NCBI RefSeq assembly: GCF_002113885.1
Contig: NW_018404881.1
Coordinates: 19,558 to 83,557 of the forward strand
Reading direction: 5' to 3'
Source: Mizuhopecten yessoensis
Lineage: Eukaryota
Length of the DNA stretch: 64,000 bases
How positions within the stretch are numbered: position 1 is the stretch's first letter; each line of letters opens with the position of its first letter. The notes under the pieces are model-generated. The model saw nothing but the letters and a program-made list of their open reading frames with translations, made no database searches and was not told the origin of the DNA. The translations under genes were made by a program, and so were the position numbers. Shown here piece after piece: positions 49,541-64,000 of this stretch.

Positions 49541-52500
49541 TTCAGCCACAACATCTGTATTACAGTAGCAGATAATTCAGCTGTTAAAATCGCGCATGCG
49601 TATAGGCATGCGAGCTACCGTTTGTTCGGTCTCATAGTTTTTACAATGTACCTGGAGCTGTAAGTAACAAAGAACCGCGCGCTATTGAAAATGTTCTAAA
49701 ATGCTTTCATAGTTGTAGAGGCGGTTTAATGTTCCATACAACCGTAAAATGTTAACAGTTGATCTTCCAGTTTGTTTCAGTTATCGGGAGCTGTTAATTG
49801 AATAATTCGATATCAAAAGCAGGTACCTCCCAATAACCTAAACAAAGTAGAAATTTGATAAATATATGAAATGGTTCCCTTCATCAAGATCCGTTTCGTT
49901 TTTGTTCACTTCAAATATTCAAGAGCAATGTATGAGAACCATTATTTTGCCGACTGACACAACCGATTTCAATCTTGCACATATTGTTAAATATTTTGTA
50001 TAGTCTTAAATCTTACTTGTTGTTTTAACGAAGATATTGCGGGGGAAAACAGAAAGTATTTACATTTAAATGATAGTCCGCGGAAGGATTATTGTGACTG
50101 CTCCGTATGTATCAATGCGCACAGAAGAACAACAATCATTTTTGAGGGATGGTGTTAATTGTTCTGATAAAGGAAAAACAATCAATTGTAACTATAAAAT
50201 AACAGTGCGACGATTTTAATAACGCATGACGTAGTATAACCGAATATTTGTGCAACTATATAGAGAGAAAAAATCTGCACCAGATAAAACAGTTATGATA
50301 GTTCCCGCAGAAAAGACTCAGGCTCAATGGGCCCCTCAACCAGATCTGAAACAAAATGGTTTCCAATCTGAAACAAAATGGCAAACACAGACCTGATCGA
50401 AGGCTGGCCACTTGAAAAATCGGCACGTGCTTATATCATAGGGTCCAGTTGAGCCTGGCCGAAATACTTAAGTACTGAGTGTCGGTAGTTGTTTTACTTT
50501 TACAACAACAAAAAACAAGGTCAAATTACATATATATTTTATGCACATTACATGTAATGAATTTAGTACACGCTGAAAGAAACACATACTATTCTTGGTT
50601 TCTTGTGATTTATTTGTCATAAAGCTCCGAAACTGTGCATTCTGAGCTCTGTTTATTGGCTTAGCCCACTTGGGTCCAAAACAACCTTAGGTATTAGGCC
50701 TTTTTGTTTGTTTGTAGTTTAACGTCCTCTTAACATGGAAAAGGCCCTCAAATGCATTCTTACAAATCATGTCGTTTGGGATAGAATTCAATTAACCTAA
50801 ATGTAATGTACGTTCCTCGTCGTTTATTAAACTTTTACCCCTTTTCTCCAGTTCGACATTGCCTGACTGTTTCGCGTCGATTCACCGCTTTCGCTGTTTG
50901 CATCTGACAGTTAAATTGTCACGGCAAATTCTGTTTGATGTCAACTATCAACTGGTTATGTCAACAGAGATATAAAACCCGGCTTATTGTAATTTATAGT
51001 AATCATACATCAAAATTAAAAATTAGGAATAATAAACGCACAAGTATGAAGACAACATTACACTAACACCTGCAGGTTGCCATGCTTTTGAGAAGACCAG
51101 TATTGTTAACAGCTAAAAATATTTCTCCTTTTGGAACCCTGTCTATTAAACATTAAGGTGTACGGAGGTCTACGATATGCTTACAGCGGTACGTCATTCC
51201 CTAAAGCATACAAGAACTATTCGATGAAGTCAGTTCCGTGACCCTGTGTAACTTACATGTACGCGTGTGAATTCATTTCCGGATTCATATTGATACAAAC
51301 CAATGAACGGAACCAAAAACGGTTTGATACGCGTTCGAAGCCGATTGATGCTAACATGTGCTGAACGTATGCTTCATTTGTAACCCGACAAGTTGTAGTG
51401 CTCTACCGCGTTAAAACGTCTGGTCTGTCTCTGTTGTGCTAAGCGCCTCGGGGACGCCAACTTATGTGTATCAGTCTTTGCGGTAACACTTATGTCAGAG
51501 GCCGCTGTTGACAAACGCCAACAGGAGTTGGATGCCCCCAGGCACCGGACAATGGTCAGTCTGGCTGAAGAAGAGTTAGTGAAGTGGTCAGCCTCTAACG
51601 ATTATTTACGTACCGTGTGTTTAGGTGGCTGGCCAATTACTTTAGGAATACTTCATAAATGTCAACGTTATATTTTCAGGTGACGTTTCACGTTATTTAA
51701 CGCAAGCGTGTTTCTGATGTATTTTTATGAACGAGATTGTTGAACAAGGTTGAGATATCAAAGAAACTTCACACTACATGATCGCTCTGTTTGTGAAACC
51801 AAAGAAACACTAGGAATTTCGGAAATGCTGAGCCAAAAGCTTGAAACATGTATTTTACTCACAGTACCTGCAAAACATTTTTGCTATTTGAAGTATGAAT
51901 ATTTATCTCGTCATGGAATACGTTAATGACACTCAATCGCATTATACTGTTTGATAATTATACTATACTGTTTGATAAAAATATCTAAACAACTATCAAA
52001 AGTAGATGAAAGAATAATTATAATCAGTAAAACGACATTGAAACACATCTCCAAACTTACAACTATGTACACTCCGACATGTGTATCATTCACCTATATT
52101 CGTACGCATGTCACATCACTAATCACGTTTAGGTACGTAATTGTTCAGATGTACTGTCTTCTTTGGTGCTAAATATAGCAACAATAACTGTGTCACGCTG
52201 GAGTGGGTGATGGATTGCGATTCTCGAACCTTTTGGATGTAGAGCAAAAAGTTCGTTGTGACCATCACTGCCCACACTGAAAGCACATTGACCCAGATAA
52301 AGAGCAATTAACGATGACCTCCTGTTACTCACGTCATATATCGTTACGTGCGAGTTTACAAGTTGTCACTTAGGAATGCAGAGTTTCGTAATCAGGAACG
52401 ATAACCCATGCGGAACTGAAATATACTCAATAACTAATTTCTGGATTTTAACTTACGGAAACTGTTGAGAGACAATATTTCCATTACAAAAGCAATCATT

Positions 52501-54849
52501 TAGTTATAAAACTTTATCAATTAGCGATAAAAAGTCAATCATTGGAAACATTTCGTTCACTCCATACACAATTATGTATATTTCATTCATTCACCATTTA
52601 GATACAACAACATCTGTGTTTTACTCTAACTTTTGAGAAACGTTTATAAAGAGAGAACTTGTACTTGTTATTTAGAATCATAACAAAGTCACACTGCGAG
52701 TTTTAAAGTTAACACCGTGTGTTCCCGATTTTTTTTGAAAATAATATCTTCTTCTGATAGTATTCTTATTTGAATAATAGAGGTAAACTGAACGAGAAAC
52801 GTTACAAAAGGTCTGACAAAGTGTCCAAAGAATCGGAAAAAATGTGTGGAAGTCATGAGCTTCGTGAAAGTTGCAAGCATCCATCGATTTAGAGTTTTTA
52901 TATAGAGGTTCATGCGTAACGAAATGTAAGTCCTGTAATTTGTCGGCAGTCTGTTAATTCACAGCATTATCCCACTGACATAGTAAGTTAAGAGAACTGT
53001 CAGGAGATTTTCTAATCATTCACAAATCGCTGCCTCAGCATTCAACATTCCGTAACGTGTGACAAAGAGTGCCGAGAAAGGGCGATAAATGTGTACATGG
53101 CAGACATTTGTACATTATTACGATATGGTGTTACGATATTTAGGAATGTGCAACACCGACAGCTGGTCATTCTCTTGTCCCCGAGGCGCGCATCAAATAA
53201 TACGGCACACAACTATGGTTTCAATACTCACGTGCACTTTATTTTCTCGTCTATATGCGTTAATTGTCTATTGCGTACTAATATCTTCTGTGAATGTACA
53301 TATTTAAGGTAATTTAAATGCATAAATCGTGTTTGCCACACTTCGTTCATTAATTTGCTAGTCTGTTAAATTCGATAATGTTTGAAATATGCGTGCGTTA
53401 GGATAAGATATATAACAAAAAACATACTCGAGGAGGGTAACGAGAATACATTTCTCCCGACTAAGTACAAAAGGTCGTTTCAGAGTATTAAAGTGTGCGC
53501 AAATTTAAGTAACCTGTAGTATTCTTTTAAACGATTAATATTGTAGTGGCGTTATGAAAATGAAGTTTAGCTCTCTTTTTGATTGGAACGTAAAATATTG
53601 TACAAATAATACTAATATCTTTTAATGATTCTGACTAGAACTTAAATCGTAAATAACAATTCAGTTAAACAAACTTAGGAGATGAGTCATGGAAAGATAA
53701 AAAGTCCCAGACCCACTCATCATCCCGGTATAAAGCAAGTATTTCAAACTCCACTAACTATAGGCCTTTTTAAGTACTCATCAATGAAAGTTTATACTTG
53801 ACATTCAACTTCTGTCATACATACTTAGTCGAACATTTCTCACCTGTCACGCTTTTTATTCTTAAGGTCAATTCCAAGGTGTAGCATATAGTTACTGTAA
53901 ATACAAATAACCCGCATGACTACCGTTCAGCTTTTAACTTGTCGAGATGGAGTTTTAATGCATATCGGAACGTTACAGAATTGCATCCTACATCCTTTTT
54001 CGTTTAGGCATGCTATTTTATTGAAAATAGTTCAATATGCAATGTTAGATTTCTAACACTGCATAACCCCCTACTCCACGGCGGTCTTATATATGTCAAA
54101 TGGGTTGTTTTACGTTTTCTATGTGAAAGCTACAGTTTCGGAGAGTAACCTTGTGTTTTGATATGTTTTATCAGTCTTGTCTCCATGGTTTGTACGTCGT
54201 TCCTCAAAAGATTCTCCGACGTGTTTGTGTCGATGTTAGTTCAATAGGAACGTTGTTGTTGAAGTTTGATAAAGATCAAGATTTCAATTCACTAAGGGTT
54301 AAAGTTACTACCCCGTCTTTGGACCATTTCAATTTTGTAAGAAGAGTTAATATATGAATTTATTATATGCTCAATATTGTGTAGTCATTTTGAGGCGTGT
54401 GATTATGATGTGTCGTCCACAAATAGACGCGATAAAGAACGATGTTTTGCATAAATGTCATTGATATATTACACAAAAGAAAATAGTAAGACTTAAGACA
54501 GATTCCTGAGGCACCCAAGCGCTTGCATTGTATTCGTCTATAAAAACAAAAAGAATGATTCCTCTGTGTTGAAGCTATATGTGAAAATAATGAAGAACTC
54601 AAGCTAACTTTCAGCTGTTTCAATTTATAAAACAGACAAACATATCACTGTCTATAAAAAGCTTTTAAAAAGTCAAACAATAAATATTTGTCTATATTTT
54701 TCTTGGTAAGATTCGAGGACCATTCACTACACAGCTCCCGTGCGAACAGGCAATAAACTAGCTAAGCGCCTTTGCTATAGAACAATGTACGTGCAAAATT
54801 TCGACAGCATCTGACAAGAGTTGAACAAGTTATTCATTATTGAATGGTA

Positions 54850-55875
54850 TGCACTCGTGACTAGTGGCTACTTTCCCATACTAAAATGAATGTTGAGACT
54901 AAATCTGAAACACGCTCCTATATGAAGGAACGGTGTGCGTTACAGATAACAGGCACCTCTGACGTCACACTGAGAACTGATTTAGGTGGACGAACAATTT
55001 AAGAAGGGTAATGTTGACATCAAAGAAGACACACGGCCAGGCAGGGTAGTCGTTGCAGCATGAAATAGAGAGCTAACATTAAGGATGCTGGTCGTTATAT
55101 TGTTTCCGAGATAGCTCATATGGTTGGCATTTCAGAAGGCATTCTGACATTCTGACCAAGCGCTTGAGATTAAAGATGATTTATGCCCGATGGACTCCCC
55201 CTTTGCTGTCATCTGAACAGAAGGTCAAACGTTTGAATTGTGCTAAGATATATTGAGAAGTACGATAATTGCAACGCCGGAAAGCTATCTGAGTTACTTA
55301 CAGGGGATGAGACCTGGGTATATTACTAAGAAACCCCAGAGACGCATTGATAACAAGCAATGGTTGTCGAGAAGTTACAAAAGGCCAGTGATTGCAAGAT
55401 ATATAAAAGCACCAAGAAATTTTTGTATGCCAATTTGTTTTTCAATTATAGTGGACCTTCGGTTCAGATACCGTGTAAGAAAGGGAAAAGTATCGCTGCC
55501 ACGTTTTGCAGAGACTAAGTACTGAAATCTGTCAAAAGATTCTACAGAAGAAAGCGTCCAAATAAAGGACTGAATCGTATCAAGCTTATTCATAACAATT
55601 CTTCATCAACCAAAGAAATAAAGTACAGAATATTTTTGAAGCAAGAGAAGATATCACAGAGTGACCACCCACCCTATTCATCAGATCTTGGTCCCCGTGA
55701 CTTATTCCTGTTTCCTTTGCTAAAGACAATGTTCACTGGAAAACGATATGCATCTAGGATTTTCTGGGTGGAGCTACATTCCAGTGTCTTACCAGTATAC
55801 AAAGGGAAGACTACCGCGCAGCGTTTACGTCATGGATAGCGCGATTGCGAAAGTGTGATTCATCACACTGGTGAG
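54850..55875 (+). pseudogene. Decayed Tc1/mariner (mariner-type) transposase
   Basis: Frameshifted fragments: YARWTPPLL (WVPHEL-like), LTGDETWVYY (~55297), IKLIHNNS (HDNA-like) and HPPYSSDLGPRDLFLFPLLK..F.GKRY (YSPDLAP.D motif). Confidence 0.88.
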
Positions 55876-55877
55876 CT

Positions 55878-56490
55878 TGGTTTGGTTTAATTTTGTTTAT
55901 CGTCATATTAACAGCTAAAGTCAGTTAAGGACGTGCCTCCATGTGTGAGGTGTATGCGTGCTTGCGTGTGTGTATGATGGAGACAGGGTATGTTGGTGTT
56001 CTTGCCTCCTTGTGATAGCGCGGATCTGATACCGAATTTATAGTGCTATCTCACTGAAATGCCATGCCGAAGGAACCCAGTACAGCATTCCGCCCAGTCA
56101 CATTATACTGACAACGGGTGAACCAGTTGTTGCCATTCCCCTAAATGCTGAACTTTAAGCAGGGAATTACAACTACCATTTTAAGGACGTTGGTATGTCC
56201 TGGCCCGAGGACAGAACCCGTTGCCTTCGTCACCTGGGCGAACCCTCAATATTATGGCCAAAAGTGAGGTGTTGCCAAGCAAGGCGCTAGGAAATAAAAG
56301 GTAGTTAAAAGTAGTAAGAAAGGTAAAGATTCCAAATGTTGCAATGGGTGCAGCAGATTTATTTTGGTCGCTTTTGACACCAAAGCAAATCTCCAATTCT
56401 GCGGGGGGTTATACATATGTCGCCTCCTATGATACATGCAGTGCGTAACAGCAGGTGTATTCTTTTCCCGATCCCCAACCTGCAGGGGTA
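55878..56490 (-). mobile_element. SINE-like element (Meta-SINE-type) inserted at the mariner 3' end
   Basis: Contains cagtcacattatactgacaacggg...gcaggga...actaccatttt and a gtttggttt tail. The mariner C-terminal G.YFE-like coding sequence is split around it (ggtgag at ~55870, tattttgaa at ~56489). The family name is from recall, not a search. Confidence 0.55.
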
Positions 56491-57980
56491 TTTTGAATAT
56501 ATTCCAGTTGAACTTCTCTAAAGCTTAATTATACGTACTTTCAACTCGTTCAGCGTTTGGGGTATTCAAGATCAATGCTCTTTTAGACGGAGGATCTTTC
56601 GTATCCAGGGAGATTGTGTTTTAACAGCATTGCCAAGAAGATAAGTGTGAGGCAGACGCGGAATGGGCTGATGTTGCTATTTTCTATTTGTGCACACCAC
56701 ATTTCTTCATTACCGACCAAAAGACATTGCAGATCTGGATATAGGCCTAAACGAGAAATCTGTAATGAACAGGTGCCACTGTTGACGTGATATAGCTCAT
56801 TCCTAGCAGAGTGAATAATTGCGTTTATAATTTATCGTGCGAGGTGAATATTATTTTTTTTCACGTGGACAATGCATGGAAACAACATGTAAATAAAACA
56901 ATGAGAACATGAGTACTGAAGTGACAGAAATCATTTCTGGCCGTGGTGTCGTAGACTACTTTGTCACAAACGCCAGACTACAGTGTCATAACGACTGGTG
57001 CTTTTGAGTTTATTTATGACATGTACTTAACACGTGGTTTTAATGTATTTCCTTACCTTTGTCAAGTCTTCTCAACGATTTACTAGGTCGTAATCATATG
57101 TTTATGATATACCACCATGTGAAAAAGTTCTTCCGGTTGGTCCGAGATTGGACTAATTGGCTGGTACCAACTGTCTTAAGTATTGACCGTGTTGCTGTCT
57201 TTTCCTTGAGAAACAGTCAAAAACGATTCATATAAATTTATTCAGTAGTTCATTAACAGATAAATTGTATGTCTAACATGAAGACTAGATGTTTAATGTT
57301 AAAGAAAAAACTGAATCGACTGTGTAGGGTGAATTAATAGTTCAATTATTGCACTATATCAAAGATACATGACGGCGCTTTCGCATTGTTGTTTGATTGT
57401 GTGTTTTTTTTTTATAAAGAATCGCCGAAGTGTTTTATTTAAATACAAATTTTCAATACAGATTTATGTGATCGCATTGTCGGACGTAGGAATTTTCCCC
57501 CGAGAGAGATTATCTGAGACAGGATTTTGTAGTCATTAATTATTAAAGGGTATATACAAAATTTTCTTATTCTGTTCAAGGAAACCCTGATCGAACAAAC
57601 GTGGTTATTAAAGTAGACCTCTTGTTAATATTTTTGAAATCTAGAAAAAAGTTTCAGAATAGCACATGTTAACCACTACCACATAGAGCTAACGTCGGCG
57701 ATTAAAACAGCTGAGTTATTTATTGTATAATGTAATAATCAATCTGCCGTACACATTGTCGCGCCCTGATTAATTAGCCGAGAGGCGAGATATCGCGCTG
57801 CCTAACTGGACAGCCCTGTGTCCACACCATTAAGTAACCTTAACGTACATATTTCTGGTATGTGTCCAAAGGCCGATGGCCTATTTAAAGTGACCATCAC
57901 TCAACGCCTTGGCTACAGGTCAGTTTCGAAATTTATAAATCCTGTTTATCGCACGTAAAGTACCTCAAACCTTTCTGTAC

Positions 57981-58189
57981 TTAAAGTAATAGGATTGTGT
58001 CACCATTTTTCAGTAGAATTTCTTCAACTTTTGTAGTTATATTGCTTTGAAGTAAAGAAAATTTACTGCCACAAAAAAATATAGATTGTCAGAATTTTAA
58101 GGATTTTGTGATACTGTCTCCCTTCATTGGATTTTCAACTAGGGATGTACTTCCTATTTCCGTTTATCAATACACTCCAATGACCTTAA
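57981..58189. mobile_element. Internally deleted copy of the TTAA-flanked MITE at 22985-23605
   Basis: TTAA at both ends. The 5' ~125 bp and 3' ~80 bp match the two ends of the longer copy. Confidence 0.7.
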
Positions 58190-61100
58190 AAGTATCTTAT
58201 ACGATTCGATTTAAATAGGATAGGTAATTGACTTCCCAGTATCCTTACGTTTCATAGGCCTTAATGCTTTAGGAACAATTTTGTACCATGTTTGAAGTCA
58301 GCCGCTGTACCTGTTCTAGAGAAGAAGCAGAAAATGCCTCAGCCCATCAGAGGTAAGCACGCCCATCTTAGATTCTTGGACAACCACGAAAATTGGAAAC
58401 ATTATACAGACACATAGGTAGGAGTTTGGAGACGGACTTTTCAGTTAATCTTAAGAAGAAGCCGAAAACATTGAGTCCAGGGTGTCCATCTTGAATTTTC
58501 AGATCAGCCAAAGAAGTGTTAACACTTGGTGACACGAGGAACATTTGTAATGACCCTTAAATAAGTTTGAGTATGTTTCATCCAATTATATACCATGAAC
58601 GCTATTTTACATTCTTCAATCGACACAAAAATTTAAAAATAATCAAGATCCCATAAGAAACTATCTTCAACTTAGTTTAGTTCACATATTACTCTCATAC
58701 TGGAGAGGAAAATGTTTCAGCAATTCAGAGGGTATGATATTAACAAATCAAACCTTCTCGCCCTCCCCAATCAGATCAATGTCGTCAGGAATATTTGACC
58801 AAATTCGCAGTTATTCAATTGATTTGCCACTAAGAAGAAGTCAAGCTTCAAATAATTTTACAAACTGGTTCCATAATTAGAAATAAACGCAAAGGAAATG
58901 CTCATAATGCTCAAATACATCCCTAAAAAGCGTTTTGCAAATCCTAGCCATGAACATTAAAAGTATATGTTCTTTTTATCGTCCTTTAACACATGTAATT
59001 TTATCTTCACATACATGTATGTATACTGACATTTCTCGTCTGTTCGAAAATATTTAACCGACTTGTAGATGTAGAAAAAGCCAGACTGACCACGTAATGA
59101 TAGGATGGGTCACATTCTGGCGCTTGACCAACGTAATCAATTTTGTTTTAGTGTCCAGACATCCGCGTTCGTGAATAAACACAGCTGTTGACCAGTCCGT
59201 AAGGCACGTTCCATCTTATGTCCAATGACTTTATAACAGATGTCACGTGACCAATCTTCCATTTTTCGTTACTTATCTTCTATGTCCTAAATTATGTGCA
59301 TGTACACATAATTAATTCTAAATAGCTTTACATAATGCAAGAATCATGTTTATAAATTTATATTTCAACCCAAAATGTTGATTTACAGCAGTAAAGACTA
59401 ATAAGAACGTTTACACGTGAATGTTTACTAGTCGATACACGCATGTGGTCTTTCCGCCAAACTGTTAGAGTAATTAATTGTGGAGCAAATTCTGGAATGT
59501 AATCGGATTGTTCGTCGCCTTCTGGAACTGGTTACCGTGGTAAAATACTATCATGTCTCGCAAAAAAAGAGAAAGTTTTATTATTTGGCGATAAATACAA
59601 GGATTGAAAAGCACACATAAACCAAACTCTATCGTATTGCAGTTATCCTCTTCATTTGATTTAAGTGCATTGTAGGTAATGTAAAAATGAACGGCATGTA
59701 CTAATGGAAGGTATTTCGTTAATTGGCCGAAAGTCAAAGTATCGTTAGTATTTTGTGACTTGACAGATGTTGTTGATAGGATAAGGGAGACTTTTGTTGT
59801 ATGGTAGGGAAGTAAAGTAAATGGTTCAGGTTTGTTGGGATATGGCATATAATTATTCTAGCGGAAAAGCAAAGGCTTGGACGACAGATTGATACACGTG
59901 GTAAATAAGAAGTGGGCATGGGATAAAAAAAAAGTCAAACAAGAGAAGGATTCGGGGAACTTATTGAATGTGAGAATGAGAGGAATTTAAGAGAGTGAGG
60001 AATATGAACAGGCAAGTCATATCAAATCATGAGAATTTAATGTAAATCTTAATGTTATATATCACATTTTATACATAAAATGTATTGTATACAAATATAA
60101 TTTTGTTGTAAGAGTTGTCTCACTTGAGAAAGTTTTGATTTCCTCTGTCTAACTAACCGTGTTGTTAACAATGCATTCATCATTTGTAGTTAGGTCAATA
60201 TTCGACATTATGTCAATTCATGTATTTCTCAATTACCATAAACAGATACGCATAATGAACTGTTACTGTGGGTAGTACAAGTTCATATGTTTAATTTTTG
60301 GACAAAGGTGAGCTCCTTGTAACCTTGAGAACCTAATAAATTGACGACTAAACATACTTTGATATATGAAATAAAACGTTCCTCTTATTTTGCTAACAAT
60401 AACCTGAAAATAACATGCAATAAGCTCTTTATTATTAAAACTTTTAAATGGAAAAGTTTGCAAAATCAGTACAAAATTATGTTTGTTTAAATGAGGCAAA
60501 TCCTTCATCCTTCTTTATAGAAAAAATATTGAAGTGGGGCTTTCATGCTTATTCAAGTTTTTATTTTGTTTTATCTGTATATTATATTTTGCTTATTTCG
60601 AAAACATGCCAACAGACATGACTCAAGATCTTTTAGTCAAAAATAAAAACAACATATATTTCCCATTTTACTTGATGTTGACGTTGTTTGCTTGTTTGTT
60701 GTTGTTTATGTTATTTTTTCAACAATAATATTTTGAAGCAAATACTTTTCAGTTGCATGAACCAGAATCTAACGTCTGGAAAGATATTTCTATAAGGTTA
60801 CATTTGTTTCATTCTACAAGGCTGAAAATTGTTGGCGGGAACGTGAATGTTTTTGGGTTTTTTTTTTAATTTAATGACTACTAGTCTTCACACGAATATA
60901 ATGGAGTACCTAACACTCTTGTACACCTTATATGTTTACAATATTCATAAAATCATCAATATGCCATTGTCCTGTTGTTCACATTAATCATATTACTGAT
61001 GATACATATTCATCTTGATTATTAATATACATTTGTTTTGGTATGAAAGATGTTTGATTGAATCAAATGAGCATGTAAACAAATGTGTAAGACCATACTG

Positions 61101-63179
61101 TATTGAAAAATAATCTGAAAATAAATCAAATATTAAAAACAAATCACATTAAAACTGTTTTCTAGCAATGCCTAATGTTCAAGTAAGCTATACGTGCAGA
61201 ACTACATAAATAGATTTACCAAAGACAAAAACAGCCATGCGACTACCTCTGTTTAGAGACAGTATGTGTTCAGAGGCAACTTAAAATGATCTCAATCGTT
61301 GAATTTTCATTATGAACACAGTTTGTGTATAAGCGTCCTCCTGTGTTAAACGCTTTACTTACAAGTGGTGGATTTAATACGGGTGTGACTGTATTTTAAA
61401 AATCATGAATTGTTGCCACAGTTTATTGGCTTCAACAATTATGACTTCTTCTGGTGTTATTTAAACAGAAACTGTTGTAATGCTTACTTAAATGACAACC
61501 AAACTATCACAATGAAATGATGATGATTATCTATTTAACCCTCAAAATATGTTCTTTGCGTTAAACTGAGCTCAAGTTTGTACAATATATATCACGGCGG
61601 CCTAGATAGATATTGTGATTTTTCCAATAATCTACGGTTTTGAGTACAATATTGACAGAGCTTGCAGCTACATATTAAACACTGGCACTCTGTCCCACTT
61701 TGTTCTTGTGAATATGTTTTAACTGCACAGAATGGTTTTATGTTATTCGCCATATTATTATTCTTTATAATTTTATAGTTTTCAAACTTTTATAAATTCC
61801 AAACGTTGAATGATGAACCTTTAGGAAATTTGTAAACCCTGAAGTCCGACATAATTCGGTAAATAAAACTTAAAATATTCTAGTCGCACATAATATATTT
61901 TTGGTATCAAAATAATGGTAATATGTAGAATATCAATCACATGGGGAAAGTAACATTAACTGACAGGAAAAGTTTTGGCAACGGAATCTTTGAAAATTAC
62001 AAAGGTATAAACCAGGGAGGTCCTATTTGTCATTGATTGTGTTCTGATTTATCGTTAATTTGTCTGATTTTAAACCAATATAATACCGTTTTGAAAGAAA
62101 AAAGGGAATATCCTAGTCGCGGCTTAGACAAATGGTTTAACATAAGGGTTGACCAAATAAAAAAAAACAAGTGTGATTACAATGTGTCACAATATCTTTA
62201 GCTATCTTAACTAATATGTCAATGATAGGGAAGAATGCTGGAGAAAACATAAGCCGAATACCGTTTTTACACTTGACTTTTTGACCATGTTACACGAATA
62301 AAGCGGATTACACGAAAGTTAGCTTGAACATAGAAGCTATTCTTGAGCATTATAATGGTTTCATGAATACGGGTCATGTCTTATTTTTATTCTATTTGAA
62401 AGCAATATCGAGGGGCAATTTAGAAACTTTGTAAATGCCTTTGTGGCAGAGGCTATCATATGACCATAATTCATAAATATATATTCACAGCATCGACCTG
62501 TATTTTGTAGTAAATCGGTAACATTAAAAAATAAACAAAATTGCCTATCGCAGGTCTGACAAGGACGAACGTAGACAGCTTTGTTAGCTCGGACAAAGGA
62601 ATATGCAAATGAGCATCTGTCTGCACGTGCTGTAGTGGTCATCAGGTCACTTGCTGTCAAAGCGGGATTATATTCACACGCTTTTTTATGTCAAGCGTTT
62701 TTATCAATATCATTTTACTATGTAAGCCGTAGGTCAAGGTGAATCGTGTTTCATGTCATCGGTCACAGAGGTCACCATGGCTGTATTTTATACAAATATG
62801 AATTGACATTAATACTCCAGGGTGCACGCATGTATGGCAAGCCAACTTCATATTTATCCCTTTATTCAAGGAGAAATGACAATCTTGTTTTTATGACATT
62901 AGTAAAAACCCTAAGATATCCTAAAATATAACAAATATCTCATTAAGAATGCATTATATATATTCTAAAATAACGCGAATATAGCGAGGTTTACACTTAA
63001 ATGCATAATTGAAAATGATACTGTTTACCAACTTATAAGATATTTTGATGAGTTTATTAGATAAATAATATACTCTTTTATAAACCTTATATTAGATGAG
63101 TGTTTATGTTTGAATATAAAGAGATTCATAATGTATGCAAAATATGATATGTATTATATACGATTTCTAGTAAAATATA

Positions 63180-63360
63180 TCGTAAGATATCTTATATAAA
63201 TCATTTTGAAAAATAGCTTATACAAATCTTTGAATAGCATTTCTTATATAAATCTTTGTATAAGATATCTTATATAAATCTTTGTATAAGATATCTTATA
63301 TGAATCTTTGTAAAATATATCTTACATTAATCTTTGTAGAAGATATGTTATATGTAAGAG
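63180..63360. repeat. Short AT-rich ~26-bp tandem repeat
   Basis: tataagatatcttatataaatctttg repeated with variation. Confidence 0.7.
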
Positions 63361-64000
63361 ATGATGATACATTTTATAATATGAGGAACGATAGTTGACT
63401 ATGAATGATAAATCCTCCCCCAGGAAAGCAAAGCAATGTTAATAGTATTCAGGTTGAAACGATTTACACTGACTTGTTTCAGATTTTTAGATTTCAATCT
63501 AATGTTTGCATCATTGAATTATTTTTAGTCATACTTACTTGTTTATATTAGTATTTCTGTTTTATGCAGTTATGTTAACATCTGAAAATGATTTTACATG
63601 TCGTATTTCAATAGAATAGCGCTTCATCAAATGAAAAATTCCAGTCTCATTTTTCTCAATTTCAAGAAAGATTTTATAAAATTCATATCTTCATTAACTT
63701 GGAAAACGAAAAATTGTGTTCTTCATAATCACCAGTCAAAAATTCATAATTTGCATGTGTACTTTATTGTGATATCACAGAGCATATTTGGAACAAAATT
63801 CGGCCTTTGATGTGTATATACTTGTAAGATAAGGCTCAAATACCATTAGATCAAGCAAACATTCTAAAAGAGAAATTATGGAAATTGACCTCCGCTTCAT
63901 CAGGCACAGTTGAATAATTATAGCAAATCGAAGGCAATAACACAACTGTAGCTTATTGCTTAATCAAATAATAATCTTTCAAATTCAGTATGAAAATATA

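Noticed and set aside
56600-64000. Short ORFs in the right-hand 7 kb (and 50-54 kb)
   Set aside because: No recognisable domains or consistent exon chains; the sequence is AT-rich and looks repeat-derived.

Overview
AT-rich, intron-containing animal genomic DNA. The repeat landscape suggests a bivalve mollusc, but that is inference. Left half (1-31 kb): a cluster of three paralogous death-domain genes that the ORF track only shows as fragments. Splicing by hand gives two divergently transcribed genes with matching exon phases: B on the minus strand (~578 aa) and C on the plus strand (~700 aa). Both have a ZU5-ZU5-UPA-death-domain-like architecture (DTHD1/PIDD1/FIIND-type) with a candidate autoproteolysis motif at the ZU5/UPA junction (TF|SG in B, HF|CP in C). 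A partial tandem duplicate of B (gene A) has lost the ZU5 part and the motif but keeps an intact 263-aa UPA-DD reading frame. The death-domain exon of C is preceded by 30 tandem copies of its own 3' splice site (49-bp minisatellite) and followed by a 64-bp array. At 37.1-37.8 kb lies a single-domain phospholipase-D-superfamily (HxK...TSAN) nuclease-like gene. At 41.9-49.5 kb (minus) is a complete 6-exon flavin-containing monooxygenase (FMO5-like). The remainder is MITEs, tRNA-derived SINEs, a LINE tail, a decayed mariner, minisatellites and one N gap. Domain calls come from motif recognition by eye, not from database searches.
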